This document shows, piece after piece, positions 1 to 12,545 of a stretch of 64,000 nucleotides of DNA. Where the stretch lies: assembly GCF_018143015.1 (NCBI RefSeq), contig NC_054742.1, positions 16,118,441-16,182,440 of the forward strand, in the 5' to 3' direction. The translations under genes were made by a program, and so were the position numbers. The notes under the pieces are model-generated. The model saw nothing but the letters and a program-made list of their open reading frames with translations. It was not told the origin of the DNA and did no database searches. Position 1 is the stretch's first letter, and the number at the start of each line of letters is the position of its first letter. The stretch is from Lytechinus variegatus (taxonomy: Eukaryota).

Positions 1-3000
1 TGAGCAAAATGAGATTTGTTCCAAAATCGGAAGGCGAGCAGTCGTAAGGTGTGCAGTGGCCTTTACAAGATACTGATTTAAGGATATCCTTGTTGTTTGA
101 TAAACCATCCTCATCTCAAAACAATAACCGGTCATCAGACTTTCATTATGACCGCTCACCACCAGTCATAGGTTAATGTACTTGCTAGGCAAAACAATTA
201 CCTGGACACACATGAGCAAAACCAATCATTTGATTAGATTCCACTTGTCATCTAGTAATTTATAATGCTTTATAATAAAATAGAGTGTAGCCGGTGAGTA
301 ACTTCATCTCAGCTATGATAAGCCATCCATGAGTTTTAAAGTTTGCTGAAGTTCTGCAATTAAATAAAGAAAAAAAATATGAGCAGAGAAAAAAATTATG
401 ATATTCAATAAAGACAAAGACACTACAAAGCAGGAATCATTCTGTTACAAACAAAAAAATAATTAAGCTGAATGATACATATTGCACAAAAAAAATTTCA
501 TTGACAATTTGAAAAAATGTACAAACATATTTCAATGCCAGAGATGTGAGTGAAATTCATTCTAATCTTAAAAAAAAGCGAGGTAATAAAAAACTTACAT
601 AGTTTATGGTTCTTTAAGCATTGTAAGAATAAACTAAAGAATCAACTTTTGGTTGATTCTTTAGTATAATAAACACAATTTTAAACATCTTGAACACTGA
701 TATCAAGTATCACACTGAACACAACCAACTGCAAATAAAACTCACCACTTAGTAGGGTTCTAAATTTTTCAGAAGAAATGGAGAAAGAAGTGGCATTGAT
801 AGAATTTGTATCTGTATCTCTTAGATTAAGTCTGAGTTGTAAATTAGGCTCATTGATTGTCTCAATCTCGCTTGAACCGAGGATATAATCTACTCTCCAG
901 TCTACAGAATCGAACTTGGATACTGAAAGAGAAAGAAAGACAAATATGAATACATAGTTCATTGTATTAAACCTGCAACAATCTCACAAGAGCAGTGGGC
1001 TCTAAAGATTGTATGGCAATTTGAATAAACAGTGCTTTAAAATCTGAAAAGTCGTTTAAATCAAATATTACATTATTTATTTTTAAATGGTGATATCATG
1101 AATTGAGTTTGAGAAACAATTTTGGTTCTTTATTTCTTTAAATATGCTTTGCTTTCATTTGATAATTTCTGAGCTTGAAAATGCATTCATGGGGTTTCAA
1201 CCCAAGAAACATAAAATATGATGATCCAGAGATCCACTTTCTTACCTACACATATCCTTAAGTTTCCTTACAATATCTGTACTCATGACCTTTTATTTCA
1301 GTTACCCCTTCCTATATTTATTGTAGATTCCCCATTGAATATATCAAAAAATATTCAACTGCATTGTTCAAGGGTAACTTGGAATTTTTCTTCAAAATTA
1401 TATTGGCTTCAGCTTCCTACACTATACAAACACTCAACTTACATCTCAAGCTTCTTGATCTAAAAGTCTCTTGCATCTTCTCTCTTTTGTCTCCATATGA
1501 CCTACTCAGAGCCGCTGAATGTTCTGCATGTAATTAAAAGAGAAATCAACCCAATGACATTCACATTAGTGCAAAGATAAGCACTATATGGTGTGAAGTA
1601 TAGGCAAGTCGTGTAACATGCACATGAATCTTGCAAGACAACTCGCAAAAAAATTGCATGTTTTTTGCTGTTATTTCTTTCAGTGGGAGGTAAATGATGG
1701 GGTACCTCAATTATGTATAGTTTCTTAGCAGTCAAAAATAATATTTGGAATTATAATTCATTTAACTCAGTTTGTGGTAATAAATCTGAAGTTAAAAATG
1801 TCTATTTTATCTCCAAGTACTTGCATCTTTAGAAACACCAATAAATCTTTAAAAAGAAAACATCTTTATCTGCTTGACAGTATATTTCAAAAATAGACAG
1901 AATAGACAGTCTACATATGATGATTTATGCCCAACAAAAGTACTAACAAGTACTTGATGACGTAATCTATTTGGCAGGTCACACAAGAACTTACAATGCA
2001 AACTGGTAATTCAAAATGACATATCATGAAATTATAATACCAAAAGCATAGAAAAATAATCCTTTTCTTTTTGTATCAATTGATTTATTTCATGCATTTG
2101 AATGAAAGTTGTGCTTGGTCTATATGATAGTCTATTGTTTAAATATCTATCTTGTTCTCTTTTCCAAGTTCAGCAAAAGCTCAATATCAATAGCTACATG
2201 TATTTTGGTGCATGTGTAGTTCTTTACATTCTCTTCTCAACTGATCCTTAGTTTATAAAATTACCAAATCATGTACTACAGGTTTTATCTCCTTAATTGA
2301 AAGACTTAACACAGTTATCTTTCTGCACATAATGATCTGCGCATATTTTACACTCTGCTCGCTGATGTCAAAATTGATGAACAGGTGATTGATCAGCTGT
2401 AGGAATGAGCTGATTTTTCTTATTACCTGCACTCTCACTGAAGTTCTGTTGTTATTTGATGAAGCTAATAAACCATAATTAGTCCATAGACCATTTTCTT
2501 AATTACCTCTACAATTTCAAAATACTTTACTCTGCAGTGTTGCAAAGTATGACGAATATGACCCCAGATTGAATAAATGGTTGAGTGGTTTGGAATTTTT
2601 CATTACAAAGATACAAAGAATCTGGCGCGTTTTGATGTTTTGATTTTAATAGCACACTTGCTCAATAAAAAAAGTGCCGATAGTTTGAAAAAAAGCACAT
2701 GAACCCTTATTTTCAAATTTTTGCACCTCTTAGATATACTTTCCTCTACAACTTTTCAAAAATTAGTGAAAAAGAAATAGATTTTAAATAAAGTGCAGCA
2801 TTCTCAAGTTTGTTATTGAAATTTCCTATTTTTTTAGATTGGGTTTTTGTTATCTTTCATACAATTTTTTTTCAGAACTGGCAGTGCTGTTTAAGAGACA
2901 AAAGAGCAAACAAATGGTAATACAGACAGATTTCCCCATCGTTAGGACACATTTCTCATGGATTTTGACTGAGTAATAGAGGTTAAAACTCATTTTAGTG

Positions 3001-4239
3001 ATCTTGTCAGGTCTAAAAATGCGAAATTCTGTTGAAGAGCAATTTGGGTGAATTCTGAAGCTCTATAGCAAAGAATCAAGCACATGGATCCATGTTAATT
3101 TTTGCATATTTGGAATATTCAGGTGCTTAAGTATCTATGTGCAAAGTTTAGAGAAATTACATGGATTTCACTTTAACTGTGGAACGTCCTTAAAACCATA
3201 TCAAATTACAAAAAACAATTCTGAATCAGTCAATAAATTTTAAATCTTTACTTCCAATAATAATTTTGGCACTAAAAGCAATTTAGAACAAACTAATATC
3301 TCATTACACTGGGTTTGGGAAATGATAAAAATCTACAATCTTAGTCTTGGAATTTACATTGGAGGTAGGCATAAAGTTATACACAACTTATTTGCCCCTC
3401 TTATTACCTCATTGGTATGATTCATTTTGTTCATTTGGATCAGTGATGTTAAATTAAAATGAAAATTTATACCTTTTGGTAAGCCTAACTGTTGTAATTC
3501 ATTTGAGAGGGATTCTCCATCAACATTGTATTTAGCAGCACTTGACAAGATGAATGATAGAGCAGCAATACTGGCTTTCACATCACTTGATTCTGTAGTA
3601 ATAAAAGATGTAAAAGAGAAAGAAACAATAATCTTTAATCCATTTCATGTCCAAGGTACGGTACATTTAATCTTGCTTGGAATCATATGTGACCCACAGA
3701 TAAAAATCTTTATAATAAATTTTCAATTCTTTTACATGTGAATTCTCACAGAACAATATATCGCATTCAAAGGAGTCAATTTTCTTGTAATTAAAAAAAA
3801 AATGATGCACAAGGCAACCTAGAAATATTTACCTCTAGTTTATGGCTAAAGCAAGTGTAGGTGAGTGCTAGACATCCTTCTTGTTCATCCCGATTATGTT
3901 AGGGGCCAATTAGCAATTCTATATTTGTATAAAACCTAATTCAGCCCTTTCAAATATTTCAATTTGGAAAGTACAAATTCTGCTGGTATTGCAGCCAGTT
4001 TGAATAATTAAGCAAATATTGCCATCCCAAATAGGCAACTATTGATGATGCCACTAAATGAAAATACATGCAATACTAAAAATAGGCCTACAGAAAAATT
4101 TGTTTGTGCTGCACATCTGGTGTTTTAAAATCTAAAACAAGTGGAATGCCTCTGGCCGTCTCACTTGCATCACGCGATTCAACATAGCAGCATTGCTGAC
4201 TTTGAAAACTACTGTAACTCGCACAAGATGTTAAGTGAT

Positions 4240-5230
4240 ACTTGGTTTCTCTTATTTCCACGTTTTATGAACTAGACCAAAAACTTACAGAGATAGGATG
4301 GTAATTCACCGAATACCCCCAATGTGGCCAAAATTCATTGACCTCACATGACCTTTGTTCTTGATCATGTGACCTAAAACTTGCACAGGATATTCAGTGA
4401 TACTTGATTACTCTTATGTCCACGTTTCAAAAGTCAGATCAATAAACTTGCAAAGTTATGATGGTATTTCAACAGATACCCCCATTATGGCCAAAGTTCA
4501 TTGACCTTTGACCTTGGTCATGTGACCTAAAATGCGCACAGGATGTTCAGTGATACTTGATTACTCTTATGTCCAAGTTTTATGAACTAGACCAACATAC
4601 TTTCAAGTTATGATGGTAATTCAACAAATACCCCCAATTCGGCCAAAGTTCATTGACCCTAAATAACCTTTGACCTTGATCATGTGACCTGAAACTTGCA
4701 CAGGATGTTCAGTGATACTTGATTACTATTATGTCCAAGTTTCATGAATCAGATAAAAAAAACTTTTAAAGTTTTGATTGTAATTCAAGAAATACCCCCA
4801 AAATTGGCCAAAGTTCATTGACCCGAAATGACCTTTGACCTTGGTCATGTGACATGAAACTCATGCAGGATGTTTGGTGATACATGATTAACCTTATGTC
4901 CAAGTTAAATGAACTAGGTCCATATATTTTCTAAGTTATGATGACATTTCAAAAACTTAACCTCAGGTTAAGATTTTGATGTTGATTCCCCCAACATGGT
5001 CTAAGTTCATTGACACTAAATGACCTTTGACCTTGCTGCATATACTGTAGAGCGCTTAGACACTTCTGACAAAGTAAGTATTAAGCGCTATATAAGCAAG
5101 TATAATCATTATTATTGGTCATGTGACATGACACTCACTCTAATAGGATGTTCAGTAATACTTGATTAACCTTATGGCCAAGTTTCATGAACTAGGTCCA
5201 TATACTTTCTAAGTTATGATGTCATTTCAA
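4240..5230 (+). repeat. Satellite array A1: about 6.5 tandem units of a ~150-bp repeat (...ttcattgacctttgaccttggtcatgtgacctgaaacttgcacaggatgttcagtgatacttgattactcttatgtccaagtttcatgaa...). One unit is interrupted by a ~80-bp insertion at ~5030-5110.
   Basis: Direct reading of periodic near-identical units. ORF 5216..5407 lies inside it and is not a gene. Confidence 0.9.
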
Positions 5231-7167
5231 AAACTTAACCTCAAGTTAAGATTTGACATTGACGCCGCCGCCGCCGCCACTGTCGGAAAAGCGGCGCCTA
5301 TAGTCTCACACTGCTATGCAGGTGAGACAAAAACAGTCTCCAAAATTTCTGATGATTCTGGGGTCAGTGATTTATTGTTCACTGTTGCAAATGACAAATT
5401 TCTTTGATGGTAATCAGTCCATTCGACATGCATTGCTGATCTTCAGCTGGCCAATCTATGACAACTCTGTTTATGCATATTTCTATATCCTCTGAGGGAG
5501 GACACTAGGAGATTATGAGGTAATTTCCATTTGGTCTATTGTTATTTTGTTCAGGATTTCTTATTGATGGCTATAATTGAAATAATGAAACATACTGAAT
5601 TTGAGCTTTGAAATATTTTTAAAATATGTATATTTAAATCGTGCTACATTCTAAATGATGTTGTCTCTCAGCACTTACCATACTTTGCATCTGCTGTTAA
5701 CTTGTAAACTTTTTCAAACTGCAATAACAAATTCAATGAAATTAAAGAGGCAAGCATCATCAATATTTTTGTTAAACACTGAAATATGTGAAAATCATAA
5801 GCAATATGTTTTGATTACATGAATAGTCAACAATGAAAAAATTGTTTGTACTTGTATACTTTCAAGAGGAATTTGAAAATCTATAGGGGAATTCCAAGCT
5901 CAGTCACATTACACTTTTATGTGTCCATTCTATTACTTAGTTTTGTCAATTTTATAAGTATGAGTCTTTCTGCAAAGTTTCTCATGGGAATTTAACTTGA
6001 CAATCAAAGCTTTAAATTAATTCTTTGGGAAGGTTATACTTTGAACAACATGACAACATAAGAATTGGTCAGTTGCACTACAAAAATGTCATGAAAAGAA
6101 AATCAGGCATTTCAAAATAAGGTAACTTGTTAAAAAGTCACAATGAAAAGATGCATGAAAGCTGAATTCCTATTAAAAAAAGATGCCATGCAGACCTTTG
6201 ACAAGGTACCTAAACTTTACTGCTCCAACCATGTTGATGATCACTACAATTTATGCATATATTATATATGGCAAAGTTCTCTGTGACCAAATTATCTATT
6301 GAACACAAATTACAATATCAAAATACGTAAATATGAATAACATTTTATAACATGAAAATTACTCACATCAATGCTATCCCCAAGAAGATCTTTGATAACT
6401 TGGATGCATAGAAGCTTCATTTTAACCGACGTCTGTAGTGAAAATAAAAAATTATCACAAGATTCATTAAACAGCTTGAATATTTTACAATCACGTATTG
6501 TGCAGAAAATGACACAACTTCAAACTTTACCAATATGTAAATACATAGAAGAAATTGAATTGATATTATCTTCGCAGTTATTTCAATAGGCTTAATCAAA
6601 TGGAAGGGATAGTAGATCAGTCAATCAAGAATTTCAACTTAATGCCATTCATTCTTTTCATTTTCCTTCTCATTCTCCATCTACTAGTCTGAATCCTTCT
6701 TATCCTCCTACTTCCACCTTTCTTCTTTATCCTCTCATCTCTACTACTACATGTCCATGTACTACCAGTACTACATACTAATACTTCAATACTCCTACTA
6801 TGTGTACTTCTAATTCATTACAATATTGCTCTTTAAAACAATCACCATTAGAAGTGGTAAGAGTCATAGTTGTACTCATTCAAGCATACTAGTATTATTA
6901 TTATTGCTATCATTTAAAATACAATGTCATTATCAAATGTCCTCAGGTACCTTACAAGGGTCATACAAGTTAGTAAATAATTCCTTATTACTGCACTTAC
7001 TTGATCTACCAATAAATTACATTTTTATGGCAAGTCATTGCTACATGCATTGTTGATTAATATGATTAAACAGCAAAAGAAATCATTGTCATCAGCAACA
7101 TTCACTGTGACACAACATTTTCCTTACCTTAACTGAATATAATTATTTCCATTATCATCATCATCAT

Positions 7168-7270
7168 TGGTATTAATATCATTATGATTATCAGAACTAA
7201 GTATATTAATATCATTATGATTATCAGAACTAAGTATATTAATATCATTATGATTATCAGAACTAAGTAT
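7168..7270 (+). repeat. 33-bp minisatellite x about 3.3 (tattaatatcattatgattatcagaactaagta).
   Basis: Read directly. Confidence 0.9.
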
Positions 7271-8031
7271 AGCAATTATGAAATACTAACAAAAGTAATT
7301 AACATCTTCAAGGATTAAGCCATAAATCATTAGCAAAGTAGCCTATTGATGATAGGCCAGAACCAAAATAATAATAAAAAAGAATAACTACTTTAATGCA
7401 AAACTCACTATTTTACTCAGAATGCTGATCTCTGCAAGCACCCAATCGGGGCAGTCCAAATCTCCACAAAATCTGAATCTCTGTTATATGCCATGGTTTT
7501 GAAAAAGACATAATTAGATACATGTAGTTGAACAAAAACAAAACGAAAAGCTCAATCAATGACAAAATTTGCAAATTTTCTCTTCTTAATCTTCTTCCGA
7601 ACTACATGTATGGCAAACAAAATTTCTTGTCTTAATCATAATTTACATGTGCCATTTTTATGATTTTGAGTTTGACTGAGAGTTAGATACCACGTAATCA
7701 CAAATGAAAAATGTCAGGTAAATGTGTATTTTGTGTAAATTTCTGTGATTTCCTTTGCCTCAATGGTGAGTACTTGAAAGAGTACTCATCATTAAGGGGG
7801 TGTCTTTGGCACTATCAAAGATCATTGTGCCAAATTTTGACAAAAAAACAAACTTGACTAGGGCCTGGCCCTAAATCTAAATATTCATTTGGTCTGGTAG
7901 ATTAATGAGTGAAAATTAAACATATTAACAAATTTAGTCAGTTATATTTTGAGTGAATGTGCTACAATCGATGAACAAGCACATAAGTCTGACATTATTT
8001 TCATCTTAAGTACTGTAGTCTATTGGATTGC

Positions 8032-8150
8032 CCGGGAAGTGGACCCGGGGGGGGGGGGGGGGCACTCAGTATATAATGAATAATGGGTATGTGCCGCGGA
8101 GGGGACCCCCATTTTTACACCCAAATTTCCGTTCCAAGGCATAGCATTTT
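8032..8150 (+). mobile_element. 5' end of a poly-G-TIR MITE (cccggg...GGGGGGGGGGGGGGGGCACTCAGTATATAATG...) immediately upstream of satellite array A2. This is the compound element head.
   Basis: Matches the 5' part of the complete ~390-bp copy at 53165-53547. ORF 8083..8298 is inside and not a gene. Confidence 0.7.
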
Positions 8151-8249
8151 TGTCTTATTGAAAAACAAGTGGAATGCCTCTGGCCGTCTCACCTGCATCA
8201 CACGGTTCAATATAGCAGCAGTGCTGACTTTGAATACTACTCTAACTCG

Positions 8250-9230
8250 CACAAGATTTTCAGTGATACATGGTTACTCTTATGTCCACTTTTTATGAAC
8301 TAGACCAATAAACTTACAGAGATATGATGGTTATTCAACAAAAAAAACCCAACATGGCCAAAGTTCATTGACCTTACATGACCTTTGACCTTGATCATGT
8401 GACCTGAAACTCACACAGGATGTTCAGTGATACTTGATTACTCTTATATACAAGTTTCATGAATCAGATCCATAAACTTTCAAAGTTATGATGGTGATTC
8501 AACAGATACACCCAATTCGGGCAAAGTTCATTGACCTTTGACCTTGGTCATGTGACCTGAAACGCGCACAGGATGTTCAGTGATACTTGATTACTCTAAT
8601 GTCCAAGTTTAATGAACTAGACCAATAAACTTTTAAAGTTATGATGGTAATTCAACAGATACCCCCGATTTGGCCAAAGTTCATTGACCCTAAATGACCT
8701 TTGACCTTAATCATGAGACCTGAAACTTGCACAAAATGTTCAGTGATGCTTGATTACTATTATGTCCAAGTTTCATGAATCAGATCCATAAACTTTCAAA
8801 GTTATGATGGGAATTCAACAGATATCCCCAATTCGGCCAAAATTCATTGACCCTAAATGACCTTTGACCTTGGTCATGTGACGTGAAACTCATGCAGGAT
8901 GTTCAGTGATACTTGATTAACCTTATGTCCAAGTTTCATGAACTAGGTCCATATATCTTCTAAGTTATGATGACATTTCAAAAACTCAACCTCAGGTTAA
9001 GATTTCGATGTTGATTCCTCCAACATGGCCTAAGTTCATTGACCCTAAATGACCTTTGACCTTGGTCATGTGACATGAAACTCTAATAGGATGTTCAGTA
9101 ATACTTGATTAACCTTATGGCCAAGTTTTATGAACTAGGTCCATATACTTTCTAAGTTATGACGTCATTTCAAAAACTTAACCTCAGGTTAAGATTTGAT
9201 GTTGACGCCGCCGTCGGAAAAGCGGCGCCT
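8250..9230 (+). repeat. Satellite array A2: about 6.5 units of the same ~150-bp satellite, same orientation. Bounded by the same conserved 5' and 3' flank sequences as array A1.
   Basis: Direct reading. The 5' flank (8147-8250) matches 4120-4240. The 3' flank (9180-9260) matches 5230-5330. Confidence 0.9.
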
Positions 9231-9490
9231 ATAGTCTCACTTTGCTTCGCAGGTGAGACAAAAAAACAAAGAAAGCCAGAAAGCCGCTCCAAGGCATAGC
9301 ATTTTGTTCTTATTGAGAAAAAAGAAGAAAGAAATCCGCTCCAAAGCTTTGCATATTTTTCGTTACGCCATTTCGGTCGCATTGATCTGCTACAAGGAGC
9401 TGCAATTTTGGTGAAAAGCGGCCGCAGAGCGCTGTGCAACCATCGCACAGTGGGCCAGAATGAACCCAAAGTGCGACAAAACCCTTTATT
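9230..9490 (+). mobile_element. 3' flank of the compound satellite-bearing element. It contains duplicated GCCGCTCCAAGGCATAGCATTTT...CTTATTGAGAAAAAA modules shared with the poly-G MITE. Truncated: no 3' TIR.
   Basis: Module similarity to 53243-53300. Region 9400-9480 is inverse-related to 12235-12290. Listed ORF 9170..9493(-) is repeat-derived. Confidence 0.6.
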
Positions 9491-9784
9491 CACATATTTG
9501 TACGATTAAATTTGGTAAATAGGGGTAATTTCACCCGTAGAATTCAATAAAAGTATTTTAAAATATTGATGACGTCGTTAAAATACTGTTTTCTGATTGG
9601 CTGTTAACATTTGAGAAGAAATTACATGTTTCTAATTCTACAATAATTTTCAAATTTTCAGAAACTAGTTTTAGAGAAATTTCAGCAATAAGGAAGCATA
9701 TTAGCAAACAGCAAACACACAAACAGGCAAACAAACAAAAAAAGTCTGTGCTCGGGGTACAAACAATTCAATTTGTGACTTGAG

Positions 9785-10545
9785 TATCGCTTAACCCTAA
9801 AAAGACTGGGGGCTGATTCAGCCCCCCCCTTGACATTTTTCGCGTTAAATCCGCCGCGCAAATTTTTTTGACCGCGTCGCTCACTGACTTTTTACTTTCA
9901 AGTCTCGGGCAACTGTTGAGACCAAAATTGTGACCCCTGGGTACTCGGTTCCGAAATTACGCAACATTTTGTAAGTGCATGCAGACCCCAAATTACTCAA
10001 AAACGTGAATTTGTGTACAAATCCAATGCAAATAGTGTTTTCAGTCAAAATTCATAAATGTATCATTATTTTTCCTTTTACTGCTTAAAATCAATTAATA
10101 TTATCTTTAAAATGGTCAAAATAAAGCCCCTGACAATTTCCATTAAAAAAAACAATAAAAAAAAACATAAATTCGAAAAACAGAGAAATACATAAGAAAT
10201 TTAGAAAACAATAGAAAACATAAAAAAAATAAATGTGATGTTGAAATTTTTTAAAATAAATTTTATCAGATGCATATCTAGAGTATGTGAAACAAAAATA
10301 AGCAATTCAGGGGCATTATTTTATTAATTAGAGCAAACTTATGGTTTTACGCATAAATTAGCATAATTTATGAGACATGAGATTTTTTGCAGAATTTGAT
10401 GTTATAGTTTTATAGGTAATCCCATGGGTAATGCGTGTGCCAATGTTCGTCGCGATCGCGCGATCGACGGCCGAGATCATAAGGGTGGGCTGAATCAGCC
10501 CCCCCCCGTCTTCTTAGGTGTCGAAATAGCCCAGTCTATTTAGGG
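9785..10545 (+). mobile_element. piggyBac-like MITE copy 1 (761 bp). TTAA target-site duplication on both sides (9781-9784 and 10546-10549). TIR CCCTAAA(A/T)AGACTGGG.
   Basis: TTAA flanks and CCCTA-type TIRs read directly. Near-identical to copy 2. Confidence 0.85.
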
Positions 10546-11576
10546 TTAAAGAGGGCGCCCTACCATGAATCCGGAATTGTAAAATTCAAAGTGAAATTGT
10601 AAAAAAAAATGCAAAGGAGTATTTTCGTTCAATGGGTACAATTATTAACCACACCTACATGAATTAAAATGGATTGATGCCAGTAGTGGACAGTGAAATC
10701 TTTAAAATAATTATCCCAATGATAAATGATAGAGGCCGGGTCCTCTGCAGGTTAATCGGTACAAGGCCTACCTATATATTTAACAAAGAACAGCGTATAC
10801 AAAGTTTTTCCGAAACAGAGTCTCTCTCTCTGTTATCTCAACAACAATTATATCTTTGGTGAGAGGATCTTTTAGCATACTTTGAACATCAGGAGAAAGA
10901 GGCTGTGCTTGTTGTACTCTTAAAAATTTGCTACTAATCACAATGTCACTTGTTACCATTAGTCTGTGGAATACATATAAAGTCAATAAGATTCATAAAC
11001 CAATCAATCCTTGAAATGATAATATGCACTTCCTTCTTGATTGATTTTAACAATAATTTATAGCAAATTTAGAATGAGCCAAGAGATAAACGAATTCATA
11101 CGTGTATGTGAAGTTACATACCCTTCATTTCTTTCTTCTTTTTTTTTTGGGGGGGGGATAAATACTGATAATGATAATGCAACATATACATGTATAGATC
11201 CCACGTATCTGTCATTTTCATATTCTGGCAGAAAACTGAGTGAGACCAATCACATCCCTAGTCATGTGTGTTATAGCGATATACAGTAGGACTTGCCTTA
11301 TGATAGCGATATACAGTAGGACTTGGTTTATGAACAACAAAACAAATTAATAATCTTACCCGGGAATCTTACCTTAAGAATTAATCTTCTCAGAATGACA
11401 GCATATATGCAACACGGGATGGAACAGTTTGACATCAAAATGAAGTTGTTTTACATGTATTACTATATAGTTAGTGGAAGTGGAAATGAAAGCTTGTCTT
11501 AGCGTATGTTTAACGAAAATATTTTAGGAAGATACCAGTCTAAAGAACCAGACACCTGAGCCAGACACCCCACCCC

Positions 11577-11607
11577 CCCTCTCTCTCTCTCTCTCTCTCC
11601 CTCTCCC
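11577..11607 (+). repeat. (CT)n microsatellite.
   Basis: Read directly. Confidence 0.9.
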
Positions 11608-12229
11608 ACCACGCGACGGTGAGTTTCCGAACGGAGCGGGGAGTTTGTTTAATGTCACCCGCAACGTTCGGCACGCGCATAATGGGACACTAACTTGGAA
11701 CGATTTTTGTGATAAATACGGCGAACATGTGGTTGGAAAATTGGTTATATCTCCAGAAAATGCACGTATCTGCAGCTAAATTTGGTATCATTGTAAAGCA
11801 TGGACTATAACAAAGACTGTCATGGTACTTACAGCGCAGCAATCGGCAGCAATTTGTAAAAGAAATGCTCATGAATAAAAAATTTGCTAAAACCCCCCAT
11901 TGTCAAATGGTTTCGTCCAAAATTACCTCTGAAGGGATCATCATTTTATCTTGAAAATTTTTGATCACTTAAAACAATCATTCATCAAAAAGTACCGTGA
12001 ATTAGAAATAAATTAAGCTATCCGTTTTGTTAAAACAGTGAAATATATAAAACTTGTCATTTTCACATGCGGTAGCCGTAAAGGGTCATTTTTCCGATAA
12101 TATAGAATAAAATGGGCAACTAATAATCAATTTCATGGAGAAATATTGTATGGAGACATCCTACAGGTTCTTATCTTTGCTTAGAACATGAAAAAAACAA
12201 AATTTGTTTCATGACCAAAAACCAGTTTT

Positions 12230-12545
12230 GGCGCACTTTTGCTCTCTCCTGGCCCACTGTGCATCGTCTCTGCGCGAGCGCACCCGGCGGAGGCCGTGCT
12301 AGTTGCATCATGCACGGATGCCCTTTCCATAGGGATGCATACGCCACGTACTCACATGCTGGTGATCCGTTCCAAGGACCCCCGTTTTCACAAAATTGTG
12401 GTTCCGAAACCCATTCCGAGGACCCTCCTTTTTACAATAAGCCCGCTCCAAAGCCCCCGTTTTTTGTCTCTCCCGCGGCACACCCCTACCACTTTTTTGG
12501 TCGAGTGCCCCCCCCCCCCCGGGAGTGGACAGCATCCGTGACAAA
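12230..12545 (+). mobile_element. Variant or 5'-truncated copy of the poly-G MITE, ending in the 3' TIR ...GGTCGAGTGCCCCCCCCCCCCGGGAGTGGAC.
   Basis: 12300-12545 aligns with 53330-53550. ORFs 12211..12606, 12239..12541 and 12308..12595 are repeat-derived. Confidence 0.75.

Noticed and set aside
3354-3640. Possible minus-strand exon (..[39 protein letters not shown]) with plausible acceptor and donor. Faint resemblance to acidic ribosomal P-protein N-termini.
   Set aside because: The similarity is too weak to name. No partner exons were found.
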